DNA of 64,000 nucleotides from Myxococcota bacterium. Its GTDB lineage: Bacteria > Myxococcota_A > Bradymonadia > UBA7976 > UBA1532. Shown piece by piece: positions 1 to 10,183 of this stretch (positions within the stretch are counted from its first letter, which is position 1; each line of letters starts with the position of its first letter). Location: contig JAYZEG010000037.1 in assembly GCA_036337435.1 (NCBI GenBank), positions 1 to 64,000 of the forward strand. The letters run 5' to 3'. The translations under genes and the position numbers were made by a program. The notes beneath the pieces are model-generated. The model worked only from the letters and a program-made list of their open reading frames with translations, did no database searches and was not told where the DNA came from.

Positions 1-191
1 TCTTAAGTCGGGGATACCCACCCGTCATCATCCCATCTCATGCGCGCGATGCCTACTATCACGCGTTGAACCATCCGACACCCGACCGTCTCGGCGATGT
101 ATTCGCGGATTCTGTCTCTAAACTTCTCTCACGTCTTGAAACGCCGCTGGCACTCATCGAAGGTCGAACTCGCTCGGCCGCTGCCGGCTAA
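1..191 (+). CDS. Fic family protein, C-terminal fragment (5' end outside window)
   Basis: Frame starting at base 3 reads LSRGYPPVIIPSHARDAYYHAL...AAG* (TAA 189-191); GYPP-hhh...YY.AL is typical of the segment just after the Fic motif. The catalytic motif itself is not in the window. Confidence 0.6.
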   Translation, partial: LSRGYPPVIIPSHARDAYYHALNHPTPDRLGDVFADSVSKLLSRLETPLALIEGRTRSAAAG

Positions 192-227
192 TGAGGCTTC
201 CATGATGAGGACATCGCGGGGACTAAA

Positions 228-806
228 TTAGTTTGAGGACGAGGCAGAGCCACCAATTCGGACATGGTCCAAGAGGCTTCTGACAAAGCGCACGCAACGC
301 TGACCCACAAGGGTGTTTTTCAAAACCTCCGGGTCCAATTTCATTGCTCTGTCACGAGACACCTCAAACTCCGCGATGGTTCTAACGTGGCGTTTCTGGA
401 GATACTTCCCATCTCCAATGGGCTTCACGCTGGTATCGACTTGAACAAAGTGAAGCTCAATTTTTTTCACTTTTGGGAGTTTCTGGAAGAGGGCGCGCGC
501 TCCGAGTGCCGATTTGAGCCGACCGACAAGCAACCAACGTCCACCAGAACACTCCATGCCTTTTTGAGAGGACCGCGTCGACCAGTGATAACGAATCGAG
601 AGGGTTCCGTTGCGGAATGTAATCTGCTCGCTCGAATCTCGCCGTTCGCGGGCAATGACGTACAGTCCAAAATACGCATGAACAATGGCATCGAGCTTCT
701 GAGGGGCGACTTGGGTGTCTTGGACCGTTTGCGCCCAGGTGTCTTGAACAGACGTGGTCAAAAAAACCATCAAGACCGCCCATAAGATGCGCCTTACATC
801 CATCAT
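228..806 (-). CDS. Hypothetical exported protein
   Basis: Start reassigned to MMDVRRILWAVLMV (806), with AAGGAAA upstream and a signal-peptide-like N-terminus; this removes the overlap with the + strand gene at 889. Confidence 0.65.
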   Translation of the reverse strand: MMDVRRILWAVLMVFLTTSVQDTWAQTVQDTQVAPQKLDAIVHAYFGLYVIARERRDSSEQITFRNGTLSIRYHWSTRSSQKGMECSGGRWLLVGRLKSALGARALFQKLPKVKKIELHFVQVDTSVKPIGDGKYLQKRHVRTIAEFEVSRDRAMKLDPEVLKNTLVGQRCVRFVRSLLDHVRIGGSASSSN

Positions 807-888
807 TTTATATTTCCTTTGGCGCGTCTTGTTTGCGTCAACTGAAGTCTCCGAGTAATCATGGAGATCAAACCACCACGGACATGAC

Positions 889-1680
889 ATGTGCAAGTTT
901 AAGTACAGTCTCACTCTAGCACTGATTTTGCTCGCCCATCCGACGATGGGCCATGGAGCTGATACAGACCGTGAATTGCACATAAAGCAGTTCAAGCCCG
1001 GTGTCAGTGTGGGCGTCGGTGTACAAAGCGGTTCTCTCTCTTACCGCAGTGACACGGTTCAGTCAGATATCGGCATTACGGCCATTCCACAGGTCTTAGT
1101 CGCTGCCGATTTTTGGCCAACCAAAGCACTTGGCTTTTTTGGCGATTTGAACGTAGGCACAGGTGCGAAAATTGATGGTGTATTTGGACAGCAGGTCAGC
1201 ATCAATACCGTCGGATATCGCTTCGGTGCAAAATATCGCTGGTTTCTAGGGGACAACAGTGAGGGGATTGCGCTCGGTGTAGGCCTCGGTCTGAATGCAT
1301 TTTCTCAGTTCGCTCAAGAGCAACGGCCATCTATCCTGCTTGAACGCCACATCATCGGTCCAAGCGCATCTGGTTTCATAACATTTCCATGGGCCAATGG
1401 GGACAACTGGCTTAGGATTAGCCTTCGAGGAGACCTTCCATTCTTCGTACGAGAGTCTCCAAATGATACAGGCGACCCCAGTGGGTTTTATGGCTACGGT
1501 GCCAAAGGTGAATTCGCGATGGCACTGTCCGAGTTTTGGGCCGCGGTCCTGCAAATAGACCACTCTGCACGGACACTGAATTTTGATGGGCCAGCAACCC
1601 GAGCTGCCGGGACTGGCGATGGCCAGACGCAAGACCGATTCTTATTGGTTGGTCTCTATGCTCGGTTTATGGATCTCTGA
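889..1680 (+). CDS. Probable outer-membrane beta-barrel protein
   Basis: Signal peptide, alternating aromatic/Gly beta-strand pattern, C-terminal aromatic strand (VGLYARF). Confidence 0.6.
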   Translation: MCKFKYSLTLALILLAHPTMGHGADTDRELHIKQFKPGVSVGVGVQSGSLSYRSDTVQSDIGITAIPQVLVAADFWPTKALGFFGDLNVGTGAKIDGVFGQQVSINTVGYRFGAKYRWFLGDNSEGIALGVGLGLNAFSQFAQEQRPSILLERHIIGPSASGFITFPWANGDNWLRISLRGDLPFFVRESPNDTGDPSGFYGYGAKGEFAMALSEFWAAVLQIDHSARTLNFDGPATRAAGTGDGQTQDRFLLVGLYARFMDL

Positions 1681-1682
1681 TC

Positions 1683-2159
1683 TCATTGGAGAATGGGCGC
1701 ACACGAATCCATTACAGGCTCACAATTAACATCACCAATATTTGGCGAGTCGGGTAATTCGGCCCGAATCCACGCGTCTACTTTTTGATAAGCGCATGCC
1801 ATCTCCGTTTGAAAGCAAATTCGGTGCGTTTCAGCATTCGGATCACCCTCAAGGGCCACTCGGACCAGAACACTGGCATCGGGGTTGTCAAGATCGACGA
1901 AGGCCTTGGCGAGCTGGTATTCGGCGTCGAGATTGGCTGGCGAATTGTCATTGGGGTCGAGCTTAAAATCACCCGTCAAGGTCAGGTGACACCCTGGCCG
2001 TGAACAACCAACGGTCACCAACGCCTCTTTTACGAGGGGAAAATCCGCCTGGCTCGGTCTAATGGCAAGCTCTAAGGTCTCGACTTGGCCACATCCATGA
2101 GACGCCACGGTCAGCAAGCAGCTGAGCACCAGAACACAGACTGTACGTCTATTCTTCAT
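1683..2159 (-). CDS. Hypothetical Cys-rich lipoprotein with CX4CH motif
   Basis: MKNRR...VASHGC lipobox-like; CSRPGCH; ATGA overlap with the upstream gene stop. Confidence 0.6.
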   Translation of the reverse strand: MKNRRTVCVLVLSCLLTVASHGCGQVETLELAIRPSQADFPLVKEALVTVGCSRPGCHLTLTGDFKLDPNDNSPANLDAEYQLAKAFVDLDNPDASVLVRVALEGDPNAETHRICFQTEMACAYQKVDAWIRAELPDSPNIGDVNCEPVMDSCAPILQ

Positions 2160-3265
2160 CGTTCCGTCCGACACCATGCATTCACGATTGCAAGACGCTG
2201 TTGAGTCAAGTCCTCTGGACGCTTAACGGGGATAAATCGGCTCCCAAGGCCAGAGCGAGGGACACACAAGAACTGAGAGTCCACAAACGCAGAAACTTCA
2301 CCAAGAAGGCGCTCAAACTGAACAACTGGCACTTGGTTGACCTCTTTCGAAACGGCAAACCAAGTCAGGGGAGGCGGTGATTCAAACACATCAAGGTTTA
2401 ACCAGAATGTATTGGTATTAAAAACAGGTGGATTACGCCTCATTGTCGGGGGTAAGCGAAAGTGTTCAACCAGCTGTAAATGACCATTGAGCCAATAGGG
2501 GGCACCACCGGTATCGCCACCATCGTTCTCCACAAGCTCTATGGTGGCAGCTTTGCCCGATTGAATATGGTAGCCGTAAATCATCGGATCGATGGTCGCG
2601 ACCGCATTATCGACGTTGGTGACAAATACAGTCTCCACGCCAGCTGCCTTTAAACGGGGCACCAGGCCACTTAGTCCGAGCGCATGAACTGCATCTCCAT
2701 GGCCTGTGCCATGGTAGGACGGCTCTCCAGCGTCGGTGTAGTATAGAGAGCCATCGGGACGGAATCGCACCGATACACATTGCTGAAAAGCCCAAATTCG
2801 ATTTTGAGGATAACCGAAATGATGACTGGCGTTGAGGTGTTCCGTCGTGAGCTTGTCGGTGGCGTGGCTGTTCATGAGTAGGACGAGAGGGGGGCCTTTT
2901 TGGCCTGTATGACGTAATCCATCCGTAAGTTTGAGGCCGAGAAAAGACAGATCGGCATCAACGGAGACCGCTCCCTTTACAACGCCACCAAACCGCGTGG
3001 CCATCCCACCGTTCAATACCAATAATGCTAATTTGCCCGACTTAAGAGCGTCGTGACCAAGTTTTTCGAGCTCCCCTCGAGCGGAAAGATCCTCATAATT
3101 GTCATAATCAGTGGATGACGGAACGACGACTTCACCCTCAATATGATTTCTGGTCGAATCAAAATGGGACCCCAGCGCGTCGAAGCGTAATTGTTCGATT
3201 AAATCACCTGACAACCCATAGGTCTCGATCATATCGATGACCTGCCTTGGTAATGAATCCTTCAT
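2156..3265 (-). CDS. UTP--glucose-1-phosphate uridylyltransferase, eukaryotic-type UDPGP/UAP family
   Basis: LNGGMATRFGGVVKG, LMNS, GHGD, NVDN, FNTN and RFIPVK motifs of the UDPGP family. Confidence 0.85.
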   Translation of the reverse strand: MKDSLPRQVIDMIETYGLSGDLIEQLRFDALGSHFDSTRNHIEGEVVVPSSTDYDNYEDLSARGELEKLGHDALKSGKLALLVLNGGMATRFGGVVKGAVSVDADLSFLGLKLTDGLRHTGQKGPPLVLLMNSHATDKLTTEHLNASHHFGYPQNRIWAFQQCVSVRFRPDGSLYYTDAGEPSYHGTGHGDAVHALGLSGLVPRLKAAGVETVFVTNVDNAVATIDPMIYGYHIQSGKAATIELVENDGGDTGGAPYWLNGHLQLVEHFRLPPTMRRNPPVFNTNTFWLNLDVFESPPPLTWFAVSKEVNQVPVVQFERLLGEVSAFVDSQFLCVPRSGLGSRFIPVKRPEDLTQQRLAIVNAWCRTER

Positions 3266-3891
3266 CCGTTGGTCTCCTGCTCACTCTTGGAATCAACAGG
3301 TGGCTCTTTTTTATCGATGCCGACTAAAAAGAACTCCACGCTCTCAGAACGAGTACTTTTGGGTTTGACCCTCTTCACAGATTTAAAACGACTCCGCATA
3401 TCGTCAACCAATTGGTTCACATCCTGCCCGTCGAAAACTTTGCATACGAAAGCCCCTCCTTCGACCAGTAAAGTGTCTGTCAGAATTAAAGCCCGAGTGC
3501 ATAACTCGACAGACCGAACATGGTCGACAAAGCGATTGCCGCAGGTATCTGGGGCCATGTCGCTTGTGATCACGTCGAAATGACCACCTGCGCTCTCAAA
3601 GAAAACATGGGCCTCTGTCTCAAAAATATCACCAGCAATGGTCTTCACATGGCCGGCCATTGGTGAAACCTCGGTACGATCGATGCCAACCGCACAACCT
3701 TTCGGCCCCACTCGTTTGGCGATGAGCTTGAGCCAAGACCCGGGTGCACACCCTAAGTCCAAGACCCGTTGGCCCGTACGAAAGAGACGATGCTTGGAAT
3801 CGATCTCTTGGAGTTTAAACACGCTACGAGCAGCATATCCCTGTTCGCGTGCACGCTTGGTGAAATGGTCGGATACTCGTCTTCTTGCCAT
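3262..3891 (-). CDS. rlmE: 23S rRNA U2552 2'-O-methyltransferase RlmE/FtsJ
   Basis: ARSVFKL, VLDLGCAPGSW, SDMAP, KVF, RSESVE (K-D-K-E tetrad). Confidence 0.95.
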   Translation of the reverse strand: MARRRVSDHFTKRAREQGYAARSVFKLQEIDSKHRLFRTGQRVLDLGCAPGSWLKLIAKRVGPKGCAVGIDRTEVSPMAGHVKTIAGDIFETEAHVFFESAGGHFDVITSDMAPDTCGNRFVDHVRSVELCTRALILTDTLLVEGGAFVCKVFDGQDVNQLVDDMRSRFKSVKRVKPKSTRSESVEFFLVGIDKKEPPVDSKSEQETNG

Positions 3892-3971
3892 GATTACAAC
3901 TGTGCCTCAGAGTTCAATACGATTCAACTCGGGATTCTTCAACTGCCGGACGTCTACACCCGAGATGTTGC

Positions 3972-4364
3972 TCAACGCGCAACGAGACCATCGGGGTCGG
4001 CGACAACGCAGTGCTCACCATTAAAGATAAAGACCCTTTCGACGCCTAGGTCCAGTCGGGCAGCCGCATCAAAGAGAGAAGAAATCCAAGGTTCGATTCG
4101 CTGGTTCGTCTTTGAATCAGTATCCACCAATGTGACCATCCAATGACTTTGGGCGATTTGCAGTAGGCGAGACAAAATGACGCCGAGCTCAAAGCCGTTT
4201 TGCGTAGATTTGCCGCGCGCTAAAACATAGGAGCGTTCGACTTCATCTAAATGGTGAGCGAGTAAGAGTTGCATTGAATCCGGGAACTGAGACCGAAAGT
4301 GGTTGAGCATTTCAGTGTATGTCTGGAGTGCATCCTGAGGGTTAGGTCCCTCGATTAAGTACAT
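3972..4364 (-). CDS. Hypothetical protein
   Basis: Likely start MYLIEGP (4364); the upstream in-frame extension is AT-rich and looks intergenic. Confidence 0.5.
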   Translation of the reverse strand: MYLIEGPNPQDALQTYTEMLNHFRSQFPDSMQLLLAHHLDEVERSYVLARGKSTQNGFELGVILSRLLQIAQSHWMVTLVDTDSKTNQRIEPWISSLFDAAARLDLGVERVFIFNGEHCVVADPDGLVAR

Positions 4365-4751
4365 CTCATTCTGTGGCCAGAACTCATTGAGAGTTTGTTT
4401 AATTGGCAAACTAATTGGGTTACCGATTTGGCATTGAGTCTGCCGACAACCGATGGAATCATCGACTTTGATCCTTAGATTTTTTGAGCGAGATATAGTC
4501 CGTATTTTGTTGTGTGTACTGTGCTTATTTTCTCCGGCATCTACGCGATGCTTTGACATTCGACTGTGACGGAGTTTGATTCTATGTAATTTCATTTAGG
4601 ATCCGTAATTGCGTTAGACTCGTCGGGAGCGAAGCATGAAGTGTACCAGTCCAGGGTCTACCCAACAGATGATGCACAGAGGGCCGTTTGCTGTACTGCC
4701 CGTTCACTCCGTCGATATTTTGAACGCTGGCGAGATGAGAGCAGAGGGCCT

Positions 4752-5501
4752 ATGGTGGTCTCAATGACGTCTATTGCTCAATTCTATAGTGCACTCCATC
4801 GCGGTTACACCGGGGATATCTCCTTTTACAAATCCATCTGCAAGGACGCAGCTCATGTGTTGGAATTGGGATGCGGTAACGGTCGAATGACCATGGAGCT
4901 GGCCCAGGTCTGTCAACACATCACCGGGCTAGATGAAGACCCCGATATGTTGGCATTGGCCAGAGAGCAGATGGAAAAAAAGCGGCTGCACTCCATTGAA
5001 TTGATTTGTTCAGATATGGCCATCCTAGATTTAGCAGGACCCTTTGACCGAATCGTAATTCCATTTACGACAGCCTTTTGCCTAAGCAGACCACGCCTTC
5101 AAGCATGCTTGAGACGTTGTGCGGAAAGATTGTCGACCGAGGGTATTTTAGCACTTGATGTTTATCCGGCCGAGATCTTCCATGACTCGGAGGTCTCCGA
5201 CGTCGACTACGAATTGATCGAAACAATCGATGTCGCTGGTGTTCGCTACGCTGTCAGTGAAAAGACATCGGTGAGACGAAACGACAAAGTCATCAACGTG
5301 ACGTATCGCAATACACCGAAAGACCCTAAGTCCAGCAGTCAGACGGTTGAGTACACCATTGAACATCACTATGTATTGATGGATGAGTGGCCCGACTTAC
5401 TGAAGAATGCAGGCTTCTGTCATTGGGAGTTCTATGGAGACTTTAATGGTGCTGGGGTCCATGTTGATGCAGATAGATTCGTGATTTTGGCAAGCCTTTG
5501 A
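4752..5501 (+). CDS. Class I SAM-dependent methyltransferase
   Basis: VLELGCGNGR motif I, ITGLD, CSDM, FDRI; C-terminal YGDF. Confidence 0.9.
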   Translation: MVVSMTSIAQFYSALHRGYTGDISFYKSICKDAAHVLELGCGNGRMTMELAQVCQHITGLDEDPDMLALAREQMEKKRLHSIELICSDMAILDLAGPFDRIVIPFTTAFCLSRPRLQACLRRCAERLSTEGILALDVYPAEIFHDSEVSDVDYELIETIDVAGVRYAVSEKTSVRRNDKVINVTYRNTPKDPKSSSQTVEYTIEHHYVLMDEWPDLLKNAGFCHWEFYGDFNGAGVHVDADRFVILASL

Positions 5502-5616
5502 CCGTAAGCCACATAGTCTTGAACCGACTAATTTCACGGCACGTCAATAGAAGACTGGATTCAAATCTCCGAGTGGGTAGACTACAGCCAAATCAAAAGA
5601 CGACGAGCAGCTCACT

Positions 5617-7119
5617 ATGATTAACGGAATAAAAATCAACCAACTGATACTGGCAACACTGTTCCTCGCTTTAGGGGGCTGCGAAGTCAAGCCAACGACG
5701 TCCATCGATTCGGCTAAAAGTACGGCTGCGAAACCGAAAGCGAAGCCGGCTAAGGCCAAGACCGCCACACCCCATGGCGGGCCGAAAAAGATCGCTAAAG
5801 AGGTCGTTCAGAGTGGGCAAAGGCCAGCTGCCAAAAAAACGGCCACACCACGCGTGCAAGCACAGAAGCCCCTCGGCAAATCGAAAACCGGTGGAACCCG
5901 GCTCGCCCAGCAGAATGGTGCTCAAGCCCCTGCTCAGTACCGGGTCCGTCTCGATACAACGCGCGGTGCTGTCCATATCGATGTCAATCGGTCTTGGGCA
6001 CCGCGGGGAGCAGACCGCTTCTATGCGCTTGTCAAATCAGGGTACTATACAGACGTAGCCTTCTTTCGGGTCATCTCAGGATTCATGGCGCAGACTGGTC
6101 TCAGCGGAGATCCTCGTTTAAGTGCGCAATGGAGCAGGGCGAGTATCAAAGATGACCCGGTGTCCAGAAGTAACCAACGGGGCATGGTCACGTTTGCCAC
6201 ACGCGGCAAAAATACGCGGTCAATGCAATTCTTTATCAACTACAAGAACAATGCCTTCCTGGATAAACAAGGATTCTCCCCTTTTGGACAGATAGACGCC
6301 GCCGGTATGGCGATAATCGATCAGCTTTATAGCGGGTATGGGGAAGGTGCACCGAGGGGCAAAGGCCCAAGCCAAGCGGACATTAGACGGCGGGGTAATC
6401 CATACTTGAAGGCTGATTTTCCAAAACTTGACTATATTCGTCGTGCGAGCATCGTCTCTCCAAATTTATCGAAGAGGCCCAATGCAAATCTCAAAAAAAC
6501 GACTTCATCAGTCCAAGTGGCAGGCCCCAAAAAATCAGCGACGAATCAAACGGCCAAAACGTCCGCTAACCTAAAGGCACCGGCCAAATACAAGGTTTTA
6601 TTTACGACCACTAAAGGACGATTCCTTGTCCACGTAACCACAGATTGGGCACCCATCGGCGCACAGCGTTTCTACCAGCTCGTCACGCAGGGCTTTTACA
6701 GCAACACCGCGTTTTTCAGAGTTATCCCAGGGTTTATGGCCCAAGTGGGCATTCATGGCGACCCTAAGATTAACGCCGGTTGGCGTAATGCCACGATCAA
6801 AGATGACCCCGTCACACAAAGCAACAAGCGTGGTTACGTGACCTTCGCTAAGACCGGCCGTCCGCACAGTCGAACAACTCAATTTTTCATTAATTTTGGA
6901 AATAATTCGCGCTTGGATGGAATGGCCTTTGCGCCCTTCGGTTTCATCGATGATAAGGGAATGGAAGTGGTCGATGCGCTCTACTCCGGTTACGGGGAAG
7001 GAGCCCCAAGGGGTAAAGGACCGGCACAAGGTATGTTCGCGTCGCGGGGCAACGCCTATCTCAAACAATATTTTCCTAAGCTCGATTATATCGTCAAGGC
7101 AGAGATTTATAAGCCCTGA
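5617..7119 (+). CDS. Lipoprotein with two tandem cyclophilin-type PPIase domains
   Basis: LALGGC lipobox; two copies of FFRVI.GFMAQ...DDPV..SN.RG.VTFA...QFFIN...YSGYGEGAPRGKGP. Confidence 0.92.
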   Translation: MINGIKINQLILATLFLALGGCEVKPTTSIDSAKSTAAKPKAKPAKAKTATPHGGPKKIAKEVVQSGQRPAAKKTATPRVQAQKPLGKSKTGGTRLAQQNGAQAPAQYRVRLDTTRGAVHIDVNRSWAPRGADRFYALVKSGYYTDVAFFRVISGFMAQTGLSGDPRLSAQWSRASIKDDPVSRSNQRGMVTFATRGKNTRSMQFFINYKNNAFLDKQGFSPFGQIDAAGMAIIDQLYSGYGEGAPRGKGPSQADIRRRGNPYLKADFPKLDYIRRASIVSPNLSKRPNANLKKTTSSVQVAGPKKSATNQTAKTSANLKAPAKYKVLFTTTKGRFLVHVTTDWAPIGAQRFYQLVTQGFYSNTAFFRVIPGFMAQVGIHGDPKINAGWRNATIKDDPVTQSNKRGYVTFAKTGRPHSRTTQFFINFGNNSRLDGMAFAPFGFIDDKGMEVVDALYSGYGEGAPRGKGPAQGMFASRGNAYLKQYFPKLDYIVKAEIYKP

Positions 7120-7141
7120 GCGCGGCGGTTGGAGTACTCTT

Positions 7142-8377
7142 TTGGCGGCATTGAAAGTCCGAGCGGATGGATGTGGGCTGCGACGAGTCGCCGGACTGTT
7201 GATTTTCTGTGTGATGGCATGTCAGTCAGGGTCGCAGCCGAAAGTAGGCTCAGCGGTGGTGAAACAGCCTAATACGGTGCGCATTGCGACGTTCAATGCG
7301 TCTCTGAATCGAACGAAACTCGGTCAGTTGGCGGAAGAATTATCCAATACCTCAAACGCACAAGCGAAAAAAATCGCGGAAATCATTCAGCGAGTGCGGC
7401 CTGACATCTTGGCCTTGCAAGAGTTCGATTATGACGCCGCTGGGCGGGGCATATCGGGATTGCTAAAAAATTATTTGGCCGTGTCTCAAAATGACGCAGA
7501 CCCAATCGAGTACGGACATGTCTATCAACCCCCGGTGAATACCGGACGTCCAACGGGGCTTGATCTAAATCGAGATGGAACAACAAATTCACCATCCGAT
7601 GCCCAAGGCTATGGCCAATTTGAGGGGCAATATGGCTTCGTTATTCTCTCGAAATATCCCATTGACGAGAAATCGATCCGCACATTCCAGTCCTTCCTAT
7701 GGTCGGACATGCCCCACGCCAAACTCCCTAAGCTCGACTCGTCAGAACCATACTACGACGCCGCCGCGCTAAAGACTTTGCGGCTGTCTTCTAAGAATCA
7801 CATCGACGCAACGATTGTCGTAGGCGGTCGCCGAATCCACTTATTGGTATCCCACCCAACACCACCTGTATTCGATGGACCCGAAAACCGAAATGGTCTC
7901 CGGAATCATGACGAGATTCAATTTTGGACCGATTATATTACGCCGACTCGAAGCCAATATATTGTCGATGATAAAGGTGTGCGGGGCGGTCTTGACGTAC
8001 ACGAGGAGTTTGTCGTCTTGGGCGATTTAAATGCAGACCCGGTCGATGGAGATGGAATTCAGAGCGGTATCCTCGGTTTACTGAGCCAAAATCGGCTTAA
8101 TCAAGACGTAGCCCGTGGCGCACTGGTTCCCTCCAGTCGAGGTGGGGCCACCCAGGATTCGAAAGCAAAAGGACAGAAGGGGAATCCTGCACATGACACA
8201 GCCTCGTGGGGTCTCCGGGTCGAGTATGTTCTGCCGAGCGCGGATCTTTGTGTGTTGGACAGCGGGATTTTTTGGCCTGAGGCAGGCACCGCGCATCGGG
8301 CACTTGTATCCGGTTCAGACGCAGAGAAGCAACCGTCAGATCATAGACTCGTTTGGATCGATGTAAAGGTCGACTGA
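7142..8377 (+). CDS. Endonuclease/exonuclease/phosphatase family protein, probably exported (start uncertain)
   Basis: RIATFN, LQEFD, SHPTPPVFDG, GDLNAD, SDHRLVW motifs; TTG start after GGAG. Confidence 0.85.
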   Translation: MAALKVRADGCGLRRVAGLLIFCVMACQSGSQPKVGSAVVKQPNTVRIATFNASLNRTKLGQLAEELSNTSNAQAKKIAEIIQRVRPDILALQEFDYDAAGRGISGLLKNYLAVSQNDADPIEYGHVYQPPVNTGRPTGLDLNRDGTTNSPSDAQGYGQFEGQYGFVILSKYPIDEKSIRTFQSFLWSDMPHAKLPKLDSSEPYYDAAALKTLRLSSKNHIDATIVVGGRRIHLLVSHPTPPVFDGPENRNGLRNHDEIQFWTDYITPTRSQYIVDDKGVRGGLDVHEEFVVLGDLNADPVDGDGIQSGILGLLSQNRLNQDVARGALVPSSRGGATQDSKAKGQKGNPAHDTASWGLRVEYVLPSADLCVLDSGIFWPEAGTAHRALVSGSDAEKQPSDHRLVWIDVKVD

Positions 8378-8387
8378 CGGAGTCCTT

Positions 8388-9689
8388 TTACTGTAATCGT
8401 TCCTTGGTGATGAACCGTTCTTCGACCTGGGCATAATTGGTTTTTACATCCAGTCGAGCAAGGACCGAATAAAACCCGAATTGGAGGCGATTCACGAAAA
8501 ACAACCCCTCGGGTAGCGGAACATATCCGTCTCCGGTCCCCCGTCTATATTCTTTTATCATCACCTTCATCCGGCTCACTAAATCAGCAACATAGGAACG
8601 ATCAACCTGGAAGGGTGATTCAAAAAGTGGGCGAAAACACGCCCTGACATAGTCAAGGGCACTCTCTTGATATCGACCCCCTTTGAGTTCAAGCAAATCG
8701 CAGACCGCTTGATTAAAACCAACGTCATCTTGATGTCGCGCATACCAGTGAACCCAGCGCGCCAGAGCCACTTTGTCCGGTGGGATCGCCTGGACACAAC
8801 CAAAATCCAGAAAAGCGATCTGGCCATCGGGTCGAAACATATAGTTGCCTGGGTGGGGATCCGCGTTAAAATGTCCACCAACCAGGTTCGCCTGGTAGAC
8901 AAATTGCCACAAAGTTTGAGTCCATAAACGGCGCTGCTGCTCATCGGCAGCGCATGCCGACTCAAAATTCAGACCATCGACCCATTCCGTTGTCAGGACG
9001 CGCGTACTCGTTAATTCGTGGTATACTCGCGGTACAACAATCTGTGGTTGTTTTTCAAAAAATCCGGCAAACATGGTCTGTCGCTCAGCTTCGAGAAGGT
9101 AGTCCAGTTCTTCTCGAAATCGCATACGAATTTCTTCAAGCACGGCCTTCGAATTGAACTTACGCAGACCACCAACTCGCCCAAGTAACGACTCGATGAG
9201 TCCAGCGTTCTTCAGATCGTTTTCCATGGCCTCAGCAATGCCGGGATGCTGCACTTTGACGGCAACTACGTTTCCATTTTTGGTCGTTGCTCGATGGACT
9301 TGCCCGATGGAGGCACTTGCCACAGGCTCGGGATTGAAATCAGCGAAAAGTTCGAGGGCCGACTTTCCAAACTCGGCTTCGATGGTGTCGAAAATCGCTG
9401 ATATACTCGACCGAGGTGCCTGGTCTCTCAACGTGGCAAGCCACTTTGCGTAGGCCCCCTGCTTGTTCTCTGGGATGACACCGTCGATGTAGCTACCCAT
9501 TTGACCAACTTTAGCGGCCAATCCACGCAATTGCCCGAGGGTTTGAGCTGCTCTACGAGCCACCCGCTCGCCATCGTCATCTCGGAGCAAGTTTGTGCCC
9601 GCTCGCAAACCCGTCGTCATCAAAGAACTCAGTCTAGAAAAACGACCTGATGGTAGCTTTTTATTCGTCAAAAAGGTCCTCCGATTCAC
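8388..9689 (-). CDS. ABC1/UbiB/AarF atypical kinase family protein
   Basis: KVGQ, ASASIGQVHRA, VAVKVQHP, ADPHPGN, LDFG. Confidence 0.93.
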   Translation of the reverse strand: MNRRTFLTNKKLPSGRFSRLSSLMTTGLRAGTNLLRDDDGERVARRAAQTLGQLRGLAAKVGQMGSYIDGVIPENKQGAYAKWLATLRDQAPRSSISAIFDTIEAEFGKSALELFADFNPEPVASASIGQVHRATTKNGNVVAVKVQHPGIAEAMENDLKNAGLIESLLGRVGGLRKFNSKAVLEEIRMRFREELDYLLEAERQTMFAGFFEKQPQIVVPRVYHELTSTRVLTTEWVDGLNFESACAADEQQRRLWTQTLWQFVYQANLVGGHFNADPHPGNYMFRPDGQIAFLDFGCVQAIPPDKVALARWVHWYARHQDDVGFNQAVCDLLELKGGRYQESALDYVRACFRPLFESPFQVDRSYVADLVSRMKVMIKEYRRGTGDGYVPLPEGLFFVNRLQFGFYSVLARLDVKTNYAQVEERFITKERLQ

Positions 9690-10114
9690 CCGAGAGCCTC
9701 ACGATAATCGCATCCCAAAGCGACGTCTATAGCTGGATAAATGAAAGTTTACTGGCGAATCTTTCCGATTAACCAGCCGTCTATCGCCGATTTCTTAGCC
9801 GATGATTTTTGGAAACCACTCGAATAACGGCAGCAGCCGCGGTGTAGACACGAAATAGTGCAATTTTTATCGTCTCAAAATACTTACAAAACCCTGTCCA
9901 AAAAAAACAGATAAAGCGGCTACATCGCAGCGACTCTAGAAAACAAAAACACTCAAATAAAACAGGTGCTTACGATTCAAAAAAGCATTATCTTTTCGAA
10001 TCGCGAGACATATTTCCGCGGCGTGAACACGGTTTATCAGCGCAATTGAAAGGCGTTAATTGGCCCGCTGGAAAAAATACTGAACAAAAATACCGCTATT
10101 ATCGAACTTTTACG

Positions 10115-10144
10115 TTGTATCTAAAACATTTCGCTCGCTATAGT
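10115..10144 (+). promoter_or_regulatory. Possible sigma70 promoter for the giant secreted protein gene
   Basis: TTGTAT-18 bp-TATAGT within an AT-rich ~490-bp divergent intergenic region. Confidence 0.3.
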
Positions 10145-10183
10145 TTGGGTACGTAAGGGTATTTTAAACGTTTCTCTGGAGCA

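Noticed and set aside
4365..4751. Long N-terminal extensions of ORFs 3972-4595 and 4641-5501 (similarly 6896, 25586, 37916, 39196, 54413)
   Set aside because: Artefacts of longest-ORF calling; downstream starts fit RBS, coupling and family N-termini better
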